Shown here: positions 37,644-50,800 of the stretch, piece by piece
Position numbering within the stretch: the stretch's first letter is position 1
Layout of the letters: every line of letters starts with the position of its first letter
Assembly (NCBI GenBank): GCA_963822445.1
Contig: CAWGHO010000003.1
Location: forward strand, 480,001-544,000
From: an uncultured Acidobacteriota bacterium
GTDB taxonomy: Bacteria > Acidobacteriota > Thermoanaerobaculia > Gp7-AA8
Reading direction: 5' to 3'
DNA length: 64,000 bases
Notes under the pieces: model-generated
Told to the model about the DNA's origin: nothing
The model's input: only the letters and a program-made list of their open reading frames with translations
The model's database searches: none
Made by a program: the position numbers and the translations under genes

Positions 37644-40321
37644 TCGGAATCTCCCCGGTCAACGGACGAAACAGCGTCTGTTGCAGGAACGGCAGGACGT
37701 CGTCCGCGGGGAGGGGGCGGCTGAAGAGATAGCCCTGCATCAGATCGCAGGCGTAGTGGCGCAGGAACGTGTACTGCGCTTCCGTCTCCACCCCTTCGGC
37801 GACGACCTTGAGCTGCAGGGTGTGGGCGAGGTTGATGACATACGACACGATTGCCGCGGCCGTTTCGTCCGACGTCACTTCGCGGAGAAACTCCTTGTCG
37901 ATCTTCACCGTTGTGATGGGGAAGTGCTTCAGGTAGATCAGCGAGCTCTGGCCGGTGCCGAAGTCGTCGATGGCGATGCTCACGCCCATCGTGCGCAGCT
38001 CGCGCAGCACTTTCATCGTCAGATCGAAGCTCTGCATCGCCGCGCTCTCGGTGATCTCGAGCTGCAGCATCTGCGGCTGGAGTCCGCTTTCCGTCAGGGC
38101 GATGCGCACGACGTCGACCAGTCCGCGTTGCTGCAGCTGCACCGCCGAGATGTTCACCGCCATGCACAGCGACGTCAGCCCCTGATCGTGCCAGCGGCGC
38201 AGTTGCCTGCACGCCGTGCGAAGCGCCCACTCGCCGATCTGGATGATCATGCCCGTCTCTTCGGCGAGCTGGATGAACTCGATGGGCTGAATGAGGCCGC
38301 GATGAGGATCGCGCCAGCGCAGCAACGCTTCGAGCGACACGATCCGCCGCCGCGCACGATCGTAGATGGGCTGGTAGTAAAGCTCGAGCTCCTCGCGCTC
38401 CACGGCGTGATGCAGATGCTGCTCGAGCGCGAGGCGGCGCACGTAGCGCTCGTTCATGCTCGCCGTGAAGAGCTGCGCCTGATTGCGGCCGAGCTCCTTC
38501 GCGCGGTACAGCGCCGCGTCGGCGCACTTGAGCAGCGTCTCCGCATCCTCGCCGTCGGAAGGAAAGCAGCTGATGCCGATGCTCGCGGTCACGAAGAGCT
38601 CGTGCCCATCGACGCTGAACGGCCGCTGCAGCGAGTCGAGAACCTTGCGGGCCACGCCGGCCACACCTTCCGCGTTCACGATCTCCGGCAGCAGCACGCT
38701 GAACTCATCGCCGCCGATGCGCGAGATCGTGTCCGACGCGCGCAGTGAGCTCTGCAGACGTTTGGCGATGTCCGCGAGCAATGCGTCGCCGAACGAATGA
38801 CCCAGCCCGTCGTTGACCAGCTTGAAGTGATCGACGTCTAGGTACATCACCGCCAGTCCCACGCGATTGCGCCGCGCATGCGAAAGGCTGTTCACCAGCC
38901 GGTCGCGGAACAGCAGGCGGTTGGGGAGCGCTGTCAGCGAGTCGTAGTAGGCGCGGTACTCGAGCTGTTTCTCGGTCTCCTTGCGCTGGGAGACGTCGCG
39001 GTAATTGAGGACGACCGCTCCGACGCTCTCTTCGTGAAGCAGGTTCTGGCTGAACCCTTCCAGCCAGATCCACATGCCGCTCTTGTGGCGGAAGCGCAGC
39101 TCGCCGTGCGACTCGTGATTCGGCATGGACAGGATGTCGCCGAACACTTTGCGCGCCGCTTCGACGTCGCGAGGATGAACGAAGTCGAAGATCGAGCGGC
39201 CGAGGAGCTCGGACTCGTCGTAGCCGATGAGGTGGGAGGTCGAGGAACCGGCGTACGAGAAGCGCAGCTCGCCGTCGAGCAGCACCACGCCGCTCCAGCT
39301 CTTCTCGACGATCGTGCGGAAGCGTTTCTCGCGCTGCTCGAGCGCGCTCTCCGCGAGACGGCGCCGGGAGATGTCGCGAATGAATGCAGTGAAGCTCAGA
39401 TCGTTGCCGCTGCCTGCCGGGGCGATCGTGACTTCGATCGGGAACTGCTCGCCGGAGGCGCGGCGGGCGAAGGTCTCGATGCGTCGTCGCAGCAATCGCG
39501 ATTGCGTACCTTTCTCATGGCGGGCCAGGGCTTTCTTGAACAGCGCCAGCTCGCGTTTGTCGAAGAGCTCTTCCCGCAATGGCATTCCCATCACGGTCAC
39601 GCGTCGCGATCCCGAACGTGGCCTCGGCCTGCCGGTTCCACTCGATCACGTTCAGCGAGCGATCGACGGCGATGACCGCATCGAGCGTAGTGGCGATGAG
39701 CTGGCGCAGACGCGCTTCCGATTTGCGCAGCGCGTCTTCCGTCCGCCCGCGGGCGATCGCTTCGCCGACGATGCTCGCCGTCGAGCGCAGGAACGCGAGC
39801 TCGTACTCCGCGAAGACGCGCTCTTCGTTCGAATAGACCAGCATCACGCCGAACGGTCCGTACTGCGTGCGGATCACGACCCCGGCGCCGCTGCGCACGC
39901 CGTGGTAATTGCGAAGGTGCGTTGCCTTGAAGCGCGTTTCCTGCTCGAGCCGTCCGAAACTGAACGGCGTCTCGGCGAGCAGCGTGATCATGCCCAGGGC
40001 CTCGTCCTCGTCCGCGTCGCGGGTGCAGTGCAGGAAGGTCTCGTTCGCGCCGAGCGCGCCGCGGACGATCATCCGCCCGCCGGGCAGGATCTCCAGCGCA
40101 CGGCAATGCGAGACCTGCAGGGTGCTCTCGACGAGCGCGCAGGCTTGGCCGAGGAGAATCAGGGGGTCGACGCCGGTGAGGGCGGCCTGACCGAGCTCGG
40201 CGATCGCCGTTTGCTGACGATCGCGCGCCTCGATCTCCGCGCGTACACGAAGCAGATCCGCATCCGGAGACTCCGGCTGCGCCCCGCGGACGAGGTGGAA
40301 CGGCGTCGATTGTTCGGACAT
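37630..40321 (-). CDS. GAF-PAS-PAS-GGDEF-EAL c-di-GMP signalling protein (~896 aa), single frameshift at ~39596
   Basis: GAF and first PAS start lie in ORF 39515-40321; the rest is in 37630-39600. Removing one C restores FGIATRDVMGMPLRE. Motifs YYDSLTALPNR, RASD (I-site), GGDEF, EALLRW, ELEITE-like QLEITES and DDFGTG are present. Confidence 0.88.
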
Positions 40322-40377
40322 GGAACCCGATTGCGCCCGATGGAAAAGCTACCTGTGTGCGTTGCAGTTTAAGCGCA

Positions 40378-40419
40378 AGTGACCCAGGTCACAACGAGGT
40401 TCGGAGCGGCGCGTATACT
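40378..40419 (+). promoter_or_regulatory. CRP/FNR-like site (aGTGA-N6-TCACA) plus -10 TATACT, class II geometry
   Basis: AGTGAcccaggTCACA at 40378-40393 and TATACT at 40414-40419; the site centre is about -40.5 from a predicted +1 near 40426. Confidence 0.5.
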
Positions 40420-40446
40420 TCCGGTCCACAACCACAGCAGCACTGC

Positions 40447-40486
40447 AAAAAAGGGGGGCGTACCGCACGCCCCCCTTTTTCTTTTT
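40447..40486. terminator. Intrinsic-terminator-like hairpin in the 5' leader of the DUF5666 gene
   Basis: AAAAAAGGGGGGCG-TACCGCA-CGCCCCCCTTTTTCTTTTT, with U-tracts on both strands. Confidence 0.7.
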
Positions 40487-40498
40487 CCCGGAGGCTCG

Positions 40499-41614
40499 AT
40501 GACAGGCAGGAAATTCGTGATGGTGTTGATGCTGATCGCGGCCGCGGCTTGCCGCCGCGAGAGCTCGAACATTACCGGCAGTTACAGCGGCGGCTTCCTG
40601 GCGGGCGCGGTCGTGTTGAACGGCATCGAAGGATCGCCGCAAGGCGTCGAAGTATCTGTTCGCGACACCGGCATGGTCACCACGCTCGCGGCCGACGGGC
40701 GGTTCTCGTTCGCGAACGTTCCCGACAACGCCATTCTCGATTTCCGCCGCGCCGACGGCATCCAGGCCTCGCTCGCCATCGCTCCGAACGGCGGCAAGGG
40801 CTCACTCATCGTCGACCTGGGACGCAGCCGCGCGGGCGCGTCTTCTGGCCGCGGCAACAACACGCGCGATAAGCGCGAGTTCGAAGGTGTGATCCGCACC
40901 GCCGGCGCGGACAGCATCGTCATCTTCACCTCGCATCAGGAAGAAGTGGGCATCGGACTGACCGATGACACGGTCATCCGCAAAGGCAACGAGGTTCTCA
41001 CCGCGGCCGATCTGGTCGCGGACATGCGCGTTCACGTGCGCGCGCGGAAAGTCATCGATGGTTACGTCGCGCAGCAGATCGTCGTGCAGGAAGGGGAGGA
41101 CGACGACGATGGCGAAGACGACGAGCGTCCGTCGCTCCGCCAGTACGAAGGAACGGTCGTCAGCGCGAGCGCGACGGAGCTGGTCATCAACGACTCCCAT
41201 CGCAACGAAGTGACGTTCGCCATCACCGCGGAGACGATCATCCGCAAAGGGAACGCGACCGTAGCGGCCGCAGACCTGCGGCCGGGCCAGCGGGTTCACG
41301 TCAAGGCGGAAGTCGCGGCCGACGGCGCGGCGACCGCGGTGCAGGTCGTTCTGCAGAACACGCGGGACTCCCAGACGGTCAGCGTGAGCGGAACGGTGGT
41401 GAGCGTGAGTGGTGCGGACATCGTGGTCGATACGAAGACCGGCGACGTCACCGTCCAGACCGACGCCACGACCGCTATCCGCAAGAAAGGAAAGGCGATA
41501 GCGCTGACGGACATCGTCGCCGGCGACTCCCTTTCCGCGAAGGGAACGAGGGTTTCGGAGAACACGATTCTGGCCTCGGAAGTCGAGATCCGCGGCAAGA
41601 GCGGGCATCCGTAG
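40499..41614 (+). CDS. DUF5666-repeat lipoprotein (~371 aa)
   Basis: Signal with lipobox-like AAAC. Three OB-like repeats (FEGVI..T.IRKG..ADL..G.RVHV.A) follow a carboxypeptidase-regulatory-like domain. Confidence 0.8.
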   Translation: MTGRKFVMVLMLIAAAACRRESSNITGSYSGGFLAGAVVLNGIEGSPQGVEVSVRDTGMVTTLAADGRFSFANVPDNAILDFRRADGIQASLAIAPNGGKGSLIVDLGRSRAGASSGRGNNTRDKREFEGVIRTAGADSIVIFTSHQEEVGIGLTDDTVIRKGNEVLTAADLVADMRVHVRARKVIDGYVAQQIVVQEGEDDDDGEDDERPSLRQYEGTVVSASATELVINDSHRNEVTFAITAETIIRKGNATVAAADLRPGQRVHVKAEVAADGAATAVQVVLQNTRDSQTVSVSGTVVSVSGADIVVDTKTGDVTVQTDATTAIRKKGKAIALTDIVAGDSLSAKGTRVSENTILASEVEIRGKSGHP

Positions 41615-41664
41615 GTGCCCAGGGTGTGGCGCTGAGCTGCCGCTCACGCGCGCGGGTGTGATGG

Positions 41665-41694
41665 AAGGGCCGGCGGAACACGCCGGCCTTTTCT
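41665..41694 (+). terminator. Intrinsic terminator after the DUF5666 gene
   Basis: GGCCGGCG-GAACA-CGCCGGCC-TTTT. Confidence 0.7.
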
Positions 41695-41824
41695 GCGTCC
41701 GTAAGTTATTGCTGCAATGCGTCGTTTCCAAAATGGTGTAAAATTCACCGGTCCGATTTCCGCGTCCAACTCGAGAACGCCCGGGATCACCCCGGGTGTA
41801 GCCATTTTGTCGATAGGGGTTGCC

Positions 41825-44800
41825 ATGACCGCGAACCGCCGTTTGCTCGTCTCTTCGTTCTTGTTCTTTGCGTTGTTTCCGGTGTTGGCAGGTGCGGCCA
41901 CGATCGAGTTCCGCACCCTGATCGACGTCGACAACAACGGGGCAACGGGTTGCGCGACCGGTGGACTGACCGGAGTCGAGCACGTGGTCGTAACCGTGGT
42001 GAAGACGGACGCCACCAGCGGCGCGGTGGAGCAATCTTATCGACTGGCCTGCTCGGGCGGCTCGCTCGGTTCGCCGATCGACGTCAACACGAGCGGATGG
42101 CCGGTCGGATTCAACGCGGCGAGCGGCGGAATGCTCGTCGAGAATCGCATCGCTTTCTCAACCCTTGGCGGCGGCATGCCCAGCGGCCTTCGCCTCGCCT
42201 TCGACGCCCGCAGCGGCAGCTCGACTCACAGCGCGACGGCCACTTCGACCGGCGCGTCGATCATCTATCCCGAGCGTTCCGGCAAGCGTCGTTCGGTGGC
42301 GGCGCCGGGCGGCGACCAGCGGTTTTTCCAGCTCGATGGCAACGGCGCGGACTGGGGCGCGATCGACCCGGTCGTCAACGGCATCGCCGGCGACGGCACC
42401 GCCGCAATCCGCATGATCAAAGCGTTCGCGTACGCGAATGCGACCGATGAATTCGTGTACTTCCGCGTCGACGCGAACGGCGGCTCGGACGCCCCGTTTG
42501 CTGAAGATGACGAGTACTCGCGCACGACCGGCCAGGCCACCTTGTCGGTCCCGGCACCGGGCGTGCTCTCGAACGACGGCGACCCGAACGGCCAGCCCCT
42601 CACGGCGCTTCCGGTCAGCCCCGCGACGCACGGCGACGTCACCCTGAACGCGGACGGCAGCTTCACCTACTCACCGGCCGACCCGAGCTCGTCGCAGACG
42701 GACTCCTTCCAGTACAAGGCCACGAACGGCGCGCAGGACTCGAACGTGGCCAAGGTCACGATCAAAGTGTCTACCGTCGCGAACCTCGCGCCGGTGGCTG
42801 TGAACGACTCGCAGAGCACGAGCGAAGATCAGACGCTCAATGTCGGGGCGCCGGGCGTTCTCGCCAACGACAGCGATCCCGACGGCGACACGATGACGGC
42901 GACCAAGCTCACCGATCCGTCCAACGGCTCGGTGGTCGTCAACCCCGACGGCTCGTTCACCTACACCCCGAACCTCGACTTCTTCGGTACGGACACCTTC
43001 ACCTACGAAGTCAGCGATGGCGAGGCCACCTCCGTCGCCACCGTGACCATCACCGTCGAGAGCGTGAACGATGCGCCGACCGTCTCGCCGGCCACGTTCT
43101 CGGTCGACGAGAACGCCGCCAACGGCACGGTCGTCGGCACCGTCAACATGAATGACGTCGACGCGGGCGACTCCCACGGCTTCGCGATCACCGGCGGCAA
43201 CACCGGCGGCGTCTTCGCGATCAGCAACTCCGGCCAGATCACGGTTGCCAACAACGCCGCGCTCGACTTCGAAGTCACCCCGTCCTACAGCCTCACCGTG
43301 ACGGTGACGGACAACGGAATCCCGGCCCAGTCGGGCAGCGCCACGATCACGATCACCGTGAACGACCAGAACGAGGCCCCGGTGGCAGCCAATGACGCCG
43401 CTACGATCCTCGAGGACGGCAACGTCAACGTGGTTGCGCCCGGTCTGCTGGCGAACGACACCGATCAGGAAGGTGACACGCTCACCGCGACGAAGCTCAC
43501 CGATCCGGCGAACGGAACCGCGACCGTCGCGGCCAACGGCGCCTGGACCTATCAGCCGAACCCGAACTTCAACGGCACCGACAGCTTCACCTACCAGGTC
43601 AGCGACGGCACGAACACGTCGAACATCGCCACCGTGACCATCACCGTCACCGCGGTCAACGACACGCCGTCGTTCACGGCCGGCCCGAACGTCGTCTCCG
43701 ACGAAGACACGCCGTTCAGCGCCGGTTGGGCAACGGGCATCAGCGCTGGTCCGGCCGACGAAGCCGGCCAGACGCTTACGTTCAACGTCAACTCCGACAA
43801 CCCGGGCCTGTTCCAGTCCGGACCGACGATTTCGTCGACCGGCGTTCTGAGCTTCACGCCGGCGTTGAACGCGATCGGCGTGGCCAATGTGACGGTTTCC
43901 CTGTCCGACAACGGCGGGGGAGCGAACACCAGCGGCACCCAGAACTTCACCATCACCGTGAACGCGGTCAACGACGCGCCGTCCTTCACCGCCGGTCCGA
44001 ATCAGACCGTCAACGAAGACGCCGGCCCGCAGACGGTGAACCCGTGGGCCACCGGCATCACCCCCGGACCGGCCGATGAGGCGGGACAGACCGTCGCCTT
44101 CGCGATCACGAACAACACCAATCCGGCGCTCTTCTCCGCCGGCCCGACCGTCTCGCCGACCGGCGTACTGACGTATCAGGCCGCGGTCAATGCCAGCGGC
44201 GTCGCGACGATCACGCTGGTCCTCTCCGACAACGGCAGCAACGTCGCGCCGAACGTCAACACCTCCGCGCCGCAGTCGTTCACGATCACGATCAACGCCG
44301 TGAACGACGCGCCGGTCAACAGCGTGCCGGGTGCGCAAACCGTCGCGGAAGGGGGGACGATTGTCTTCTCGGCAGCGAACGGCAATCTGATCTCGATATC
44401 GGACGTCGACGCCGGATCGGGTCCGTTCCTAGGCGCAATGTCGTGCAGCAATTGCAATATGACAGTTGCGACCGGCTTCGGCGCGACAATCACACAGAAC
44501 GGCACGTCGTCTGTTGTCATCGAGGGCACGCTTGCGCAGGTAAACGCAGCGCTGAGCTCCGTGACATACACGTTGAACGCTGATTCCAACGGACCTCAGA
44601 CGATTACCGTTCAGGCCGATGACCGGGGCTCGACGGGAGCGGGCGGGGGTCTCTTGGACACGGACGTCATCAACGTCACCGTCACGGAAGTCAACGACCC
44701 GCCGACGCCGACGAATGACGCCACTACCACGCCGGAAGACGTGCCGCTCGCCTTCGCCGCCGCCACGCTGACCACCAACGACAGCGCCGGCCCGGCCAAC

Positions 44801-47800
44801 GAGAGCGGCCAGACCCTCACCGTCACGGCAGTTTCCGCGACCTCCACCCAGGGCGGCACGGTCACCCTCGTCGCCGGCACGATCACCTACACGCCGCCCG
44901 TGAATTTCAACGGCACCGACACCTTTACTTACACGGTCACCGATAACGGCACGACCAACGGCGGCGCCGATCCGCAGAGCGCGGTCGGGACGGTCACCGT
45001 CACCGTGACCGAGGTCAATGACGCGCCGGTTGCGACCGACGACGCCACCGCGGCGACGGAAGACACGCCGCTGGCCTTTGCCGCCGCCACCCTGACCACC
45101 AACGACAGCGCAGGCCCGGCCAACGAGAGCAGTCAGACGCTCACCGTCACCGGTGTTTCAGCGACCTCCGCGCAGGGCGGCACGGTCACCCTCGTCGCCG
45201 GCACCATCACTTACACGCCGCCGGCGAACTACTTCGGCGCAGACAGCTTCACCTACACCGTCACCGACAACGGCACGACCAACGGCGTCGCCGCTCCGCT
45301 CACCGACACCGGCACGGTCAACGTGACCGTCTCCGCAGTGAACGACGTGCCGCTCCTCACCGTTGCCGGCGCGGTCACGCACACCGAGGGTGGCGCGGCC
45401 ACGAACGTCGCCACGGCGGCCAACATCTCCGACGTCGACGACACCAACATCGAGTCGGCCACCGTCCAGATCAGCGGCAACTTCGCGGTCGGCGAGGACG
45501 TCCTCTCGTTCGTCAACACGCCGCAGATCACCGGAAGCTTCGTCGGCGATACGCTGACGCTCACCGGCAGCGACACGCTGGCGAACTACATCGCCGCGCT
45601 GCAGGCCATCCAGTACACGAACACCTCCGACACACCGTCGACGCTCCAGCGCACGCTTACGTGGATCGTCAACGACGGCAGCGGGAACAGCAACACCCAG
45701 AACACGACGGTCGACGTGACCGCGACGAACGATGGGCCGGTCAACACCGTTCCGGTCGCGCAGTTGGTGTCCGAGGACACGCAGCTCACGTTCAACCTCG
45801 CGAACGGCAACCTGATCTCCATCGCCGACGCGGACGCGAATCCGGATGACGTCCAGGTCACCCTCAACGTCACCAACGGCACGGTAACCCTCAATCCGGC
45901 GGCGACCGGCGCGCTGACCACGCTCACCGGCGACGGCACGGGCACCGTGGTCGCCACGGGCACGGTGGCCGAGATCAACGCCGCCCTCGATGGACTGGTC
46001 TTCCAGGGCATCGCCAACTACACCGGCGCGGCCTCGATCGAGATCGTCACCAACGACCTCGGCAACAACCCCAGCGGCGCCTCGACGACACGGACACTGT
46101 CGCGATCACCATCAACCAGATCAACGATCCGCCGGTCGCTCACCGTCACCGGCGCGGTCACGCACAACGAGGCGGCGCAGCCACGAACCTCGCCACGGCG
46201 GCGAACATCACCGACGTCGACGACACCAACATCGAGTCAGCGACGATCCAGATCACCGGCAACTTCGCCAGCGCCGAGGACGTCCTCTCCTTCGTCAACA
46301 CCCCGACCGATCATCGGCGTCGTCGCCGGCGACACGCTGACCCTGACCGGCAGCGACACGCTGGCGAACTACATCGCCGCGCTGCAGGCCGTGCAGTACA
46401 CCAACACCTCGGATACCCCGTCTACGCTGCAGCGCACGCTCACCTGGACCGTCAACGACGGCAGTATAACAGCAACACCCAGACGACGACGCTCGACGTC
46501 ACCGCGACCAACGACGGCCCGGTCAACACGTCGCCGTTGGCGTCGCGACACGAATGAAGACACGCCGGTGGTCATCAACGGCGCCAAGCGATTCCATCGC
46601 CGACGCCGATGCGCGTCCGACGACGTGCAGATCACGCTGAACGTGACCGGCGGTACGGTCGCACTCGACCCACGCCACCGGTGCGCTGACCACCCTGACC
46701 GGCGACGGCGGCGGCAACCGTCGTCGCCACCGGCACGTCGCCGAGATCAACGACGCCCTCGACGGCATGACCTTCGCCCGACGCCAATCCAGCGGCACCG
46801 CTCGATTCAGGTGGTCACCGACGATCTCGGCAACAATCCGAGCGGCACCTCACCGACACCGATTCCTTCAACATCACCATCAATCCGATCAACGATGCGC
46901 CGGCACTCACCGTGACCGGTTCGCCGACCTTCGGCGAGAACGGATCGCCCGTCCTGATCGCCTCGGCCGTCAACATTACCGACGTCGACGACACCAACAT
47001 CGAATCGGCCACGATCACCATTCCGCGAACTTCCAGGCGCTCGACGTGCTGAATTCACCAACACGCCGAACATCACCGGCAGCTTCGTCGGCAGCACGTT
47101 GACGCTCACCGGCAGCGACACGCTCGCCAACTACATCGCCGCCCTGCAGTCGGTCGAGTTCTCGCACGGCTCGGAGAACCCGTCGACGGCCCAACGCACC
47201 ATCACCTGGACTGTCAACGACGGCGACAGCAACAGCAACACGCAGAACACGACCGCCGACGTGACCGCAGTCAACGACGCGCCGATCAACACCGTCGCGG
47301 TCGGGGCGGTCACGGACGAAGACATGCCGCTGACCATCAACGACGCGTCCATTACGGACGTCGACGCCAATCCGGACGATGTCCAGATCACCCTCAACGT
47401 CACCAGCGGTACGGTGGCCCTCGATCCGGCCGCCACGGGCGCGCTGGCGACCCTGACCGGCGACGGTACGGCCACCGTTGTTGCTACCGGCACGGTCGCG
47501 GAGATCAATGCCGCGCTGAGCGGCATGGTCTTCACCCCGACACCCGACTTCAGCGGCACCGCGTCGATTCAGATGGTCACCGACGACCTCGGCAACAACC
47601 CGAGCGGCGCGATCACCGACACCGACTCGTTCAACATCACCGTCAACAACCTCAACGATGCGCCGGTCCTCACCGTGACCGGCGCGCCGACCTTCGCCGA
47701 AAACGGCTCGGCGGTGGCGATCGCCTCGAGCGCCAATATCACCGACGTCGACGACACGAACATCGAGTCGGCCACCATCACCATTACTAATGTGCAGACC

Positions 47801-50800
47801 GGCGACGTGTTGAACTTCGTCAACACGCCGAACATCACCGGCAACTTCGCGGCCGGCGTGCTCACGCTGACCGGCAGCGACACCAAGGCCGCGTACATCG
47901 CCGCCCTGCAGTCCATCACCTTCTCGAACGCCTCCGACAACCCGTCGATCACCCAGCGCCTCCTCACCTGGGTCGTCAACGACGGCAACATCAACAGCAA
48001 CACCCAGAACACCACCATCGACGTGACGGCGACCAACGACGCGCCGGTGAACACCGTCGCCGTCGGTGTGACGACGAACGAAGACACGCCGGTGGTCATC
48101 AACGGCGCGTCGATCGCCGATCCGGACGCAGATCCGGACGACGTCCAGATCACGCTGAACGTCACCGGCGGTACGGTGGCCCTCGACCCGACGGCCACCG
48201 GCGCGCTGGCGACGCTGACCGGCGACGGCTCGGCCACTGTCGTTGCTACCGGCACGGTCGCGGAGATCAACGTCGCGCTCTCCGGCATGACCTTCACCCC
48301 GACGCCTGACTCGAACCTGAACACCGTCAGCGCGGCGATCCAGATGGTCACCGACGATCTCGGCAACAACCCGAGCGGCGCCATCACCGACACCGACTCG
48401 TTCGGCATCACGGTGAATGCAGTCAACGACCCGCCGAGCTTCACTCCGGGCACCGACATCACCGTGCCGGAAGACGCCGGCAACGTCATCTCCCCGAACT
48501 GGGCAATGAACCGCAGCAAGGGACCGGCTGACGAAAACGGACAGGTCCTCACGTTCACCGCCACCGTCACCGGCACGACCGGCACGCTGACGTTCCAGAC
48601 CGCCCCGGCCGTGAACGCCACCACCGGCACCCTGACCTTCCGGGCCAACGACAACACCTGCGGCACGGCGACGGTCGACATCTTCCTGACCGATGACGCC
48701 GGCACGCCGGGCGTCCCGGGCGATGATCTCAGCGGGCCGACGCACACCCTCAACCTCATCATCCAGTGCGTCAATGACACCCCAAGCTTCACCAAGGGCC
48801 CGGACCAGACCGTCGACGAAGACGCAGCCGCGCAGACCATCAACCCCTGGGCCACGGCCATCAGCCCCGGCCCCGGTGAGACCGATGCTCTGACCTTCAA
48901 CGTCTCGAACGACAACAATGCGCTCTTCACCGCGGGCGGCCAGCCGGCCGTTTCGCCGACCGGCGTACTGACCTACACCCCGGCGCCGAACGCGAACGGC
49001 ACCACCATCGTCACCGTCACTCTCACCGACGACGCCGGCACCCCGGGCGTTCCGGGCGACGACGTCACCACCGCACCGCAGACGTTCAACATCACCATCA
49101 ACGCGGTGAACGACGCTCCGAGCTTCTCCATCGCCGGCGACCCGCCGTTCGTCGTCCTCGGCTCGGGCGCGCAGACCGTCAACGGCTACGCGACCAGCAT
49201 CACCGACGGCGATCCGGAACTGACGCAGGTCCTGACTTTCAACCTCAGCCAGACCGCGAACAGCGGCACCCTGGCGTTCGACGTGGCCCCGGCCATCGAT
49301 CCGTCAACCGGCAACCTGACCTACACGCCGAGCGCCGGCACCCACGGGACGGTGACGTTCAGCGTCACGCTCAGCGACAACGGCTCGAACACCGCACCGA
49401 ACGTGAATGTCTCCGGTGCGCAGAGCTTCACCATCGCCGTGGAGAAGGCTCCGGAAGTCACCACCACCGTGCCGGTCAACGGCGCGACGGGTGTGAGCAC
49501 GTCCACGAACATCACCGTCAACTTCGACGAGCCGGTCTCGGTCACGCTGGTTCCGGCCTCGTTCAAGATCAACTGCAACGCCGGTGCGGATCTCGCGTTC
49601 GCCTACGTCGGCGGAACGACCAACGTCACCACCGTGACGCTCGACCCGACGGCCACGCTGCCGGCCGGCAACTGCGTCGTGACCGTCGTCGCCAACGAGG
49701 TGCATGACACCGACGCGTACGATCCGCCGGATGGTCTCGCCGCCGACTACGTGTTCAGCTTCGTCACCAACACGCCGCCGACCGCAGTCGACGACAACGC
49801 GACGGCCCTCGGCCATGTCACGCTGACGGTCGCCGATGGGGCGGGCGTGCTCGGCAACGACACCGACCCGGATGCGGGCGCGGACATGGACATCCAGAAC
49901 TTCGGTACGCCCATCACCACCACGCAGGGCGGCACGATCACCTTCACGAAGGAAGGCGGCTACACCTACAACTCACAGGCGCTCGACCAGAACATCACCG
50001 ACACGGTCAACTACACGGTGACCGACCAGTTCGGCGGCACCGACGTCGGCCAGCTCTCGATCAACCTCGGACCGCGCTTCATCTACGTCGACGACGATCA
50101 CCCGACGGTGACGCCGGACGGCCGCGACATCCATCCGTGGAAGACGCTGCAGCAGGCCCAGGCCAACTCGGCGGCGGGCGACACCATCCTGGTCAAGTCC
50201 GGTACGTATACCGACTTCATCGTCCTGCAGGCCAACCAGAGGCTGATTGGCCAGGGCATCGCCGCGAACCTCACGCAGCTCCACAACGCAGTCAACTTCA
50301 CCGTGCTCACGACCGGCGCGGCACCGAGCCTCTCCCGTGCCACCGCTGGTGACACGATCACGCTGGGGGCCAACAACGTCATCCGCGGCGTAGCCATCGG
50401 CGCGTCCAACGGCCGGGGCGTCGTCGGCAATGCCTTCACCTCGGTGACGATCAGCGAATCGTCGATCTCCACGACCGGCGGCGCGGCTCTCGATCTCACC
50501 ACCGGCGCGGCGACGATCACCCTGAGCAGTACCTCGTCGACGAACAGCACCGGCACGGGCGTCAACCTCGTCGGCATCACCGGCTCGGTCGATCTCGGCA
50601 CGGGCAGCATCACCAATCCGACCGGTATCGCCTTCAACGCGACCGGCGGCACCGCGGCCATCACCTACGCCGGCAACGTCAGCGCCGGCGGCGCCGGCGC
50701 GGTAGTCATCGCCACGCGCGCGGCGGGCAGCGGCAATGTCACCCTCTCAGGCACCATCACCGGCTCGGCGAACGGCATCGGCATCAACGTGAACAACGTC

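Noticed and set aside
40322-40498. c-di-GMP-I (GEMM) riboswitch next to the GGDEF-EAL gene
   Set aside because: I could not find the GEMM consensus elements (GGCAAAC, GNRA tetraloop/receptor, GACGCAAAG).
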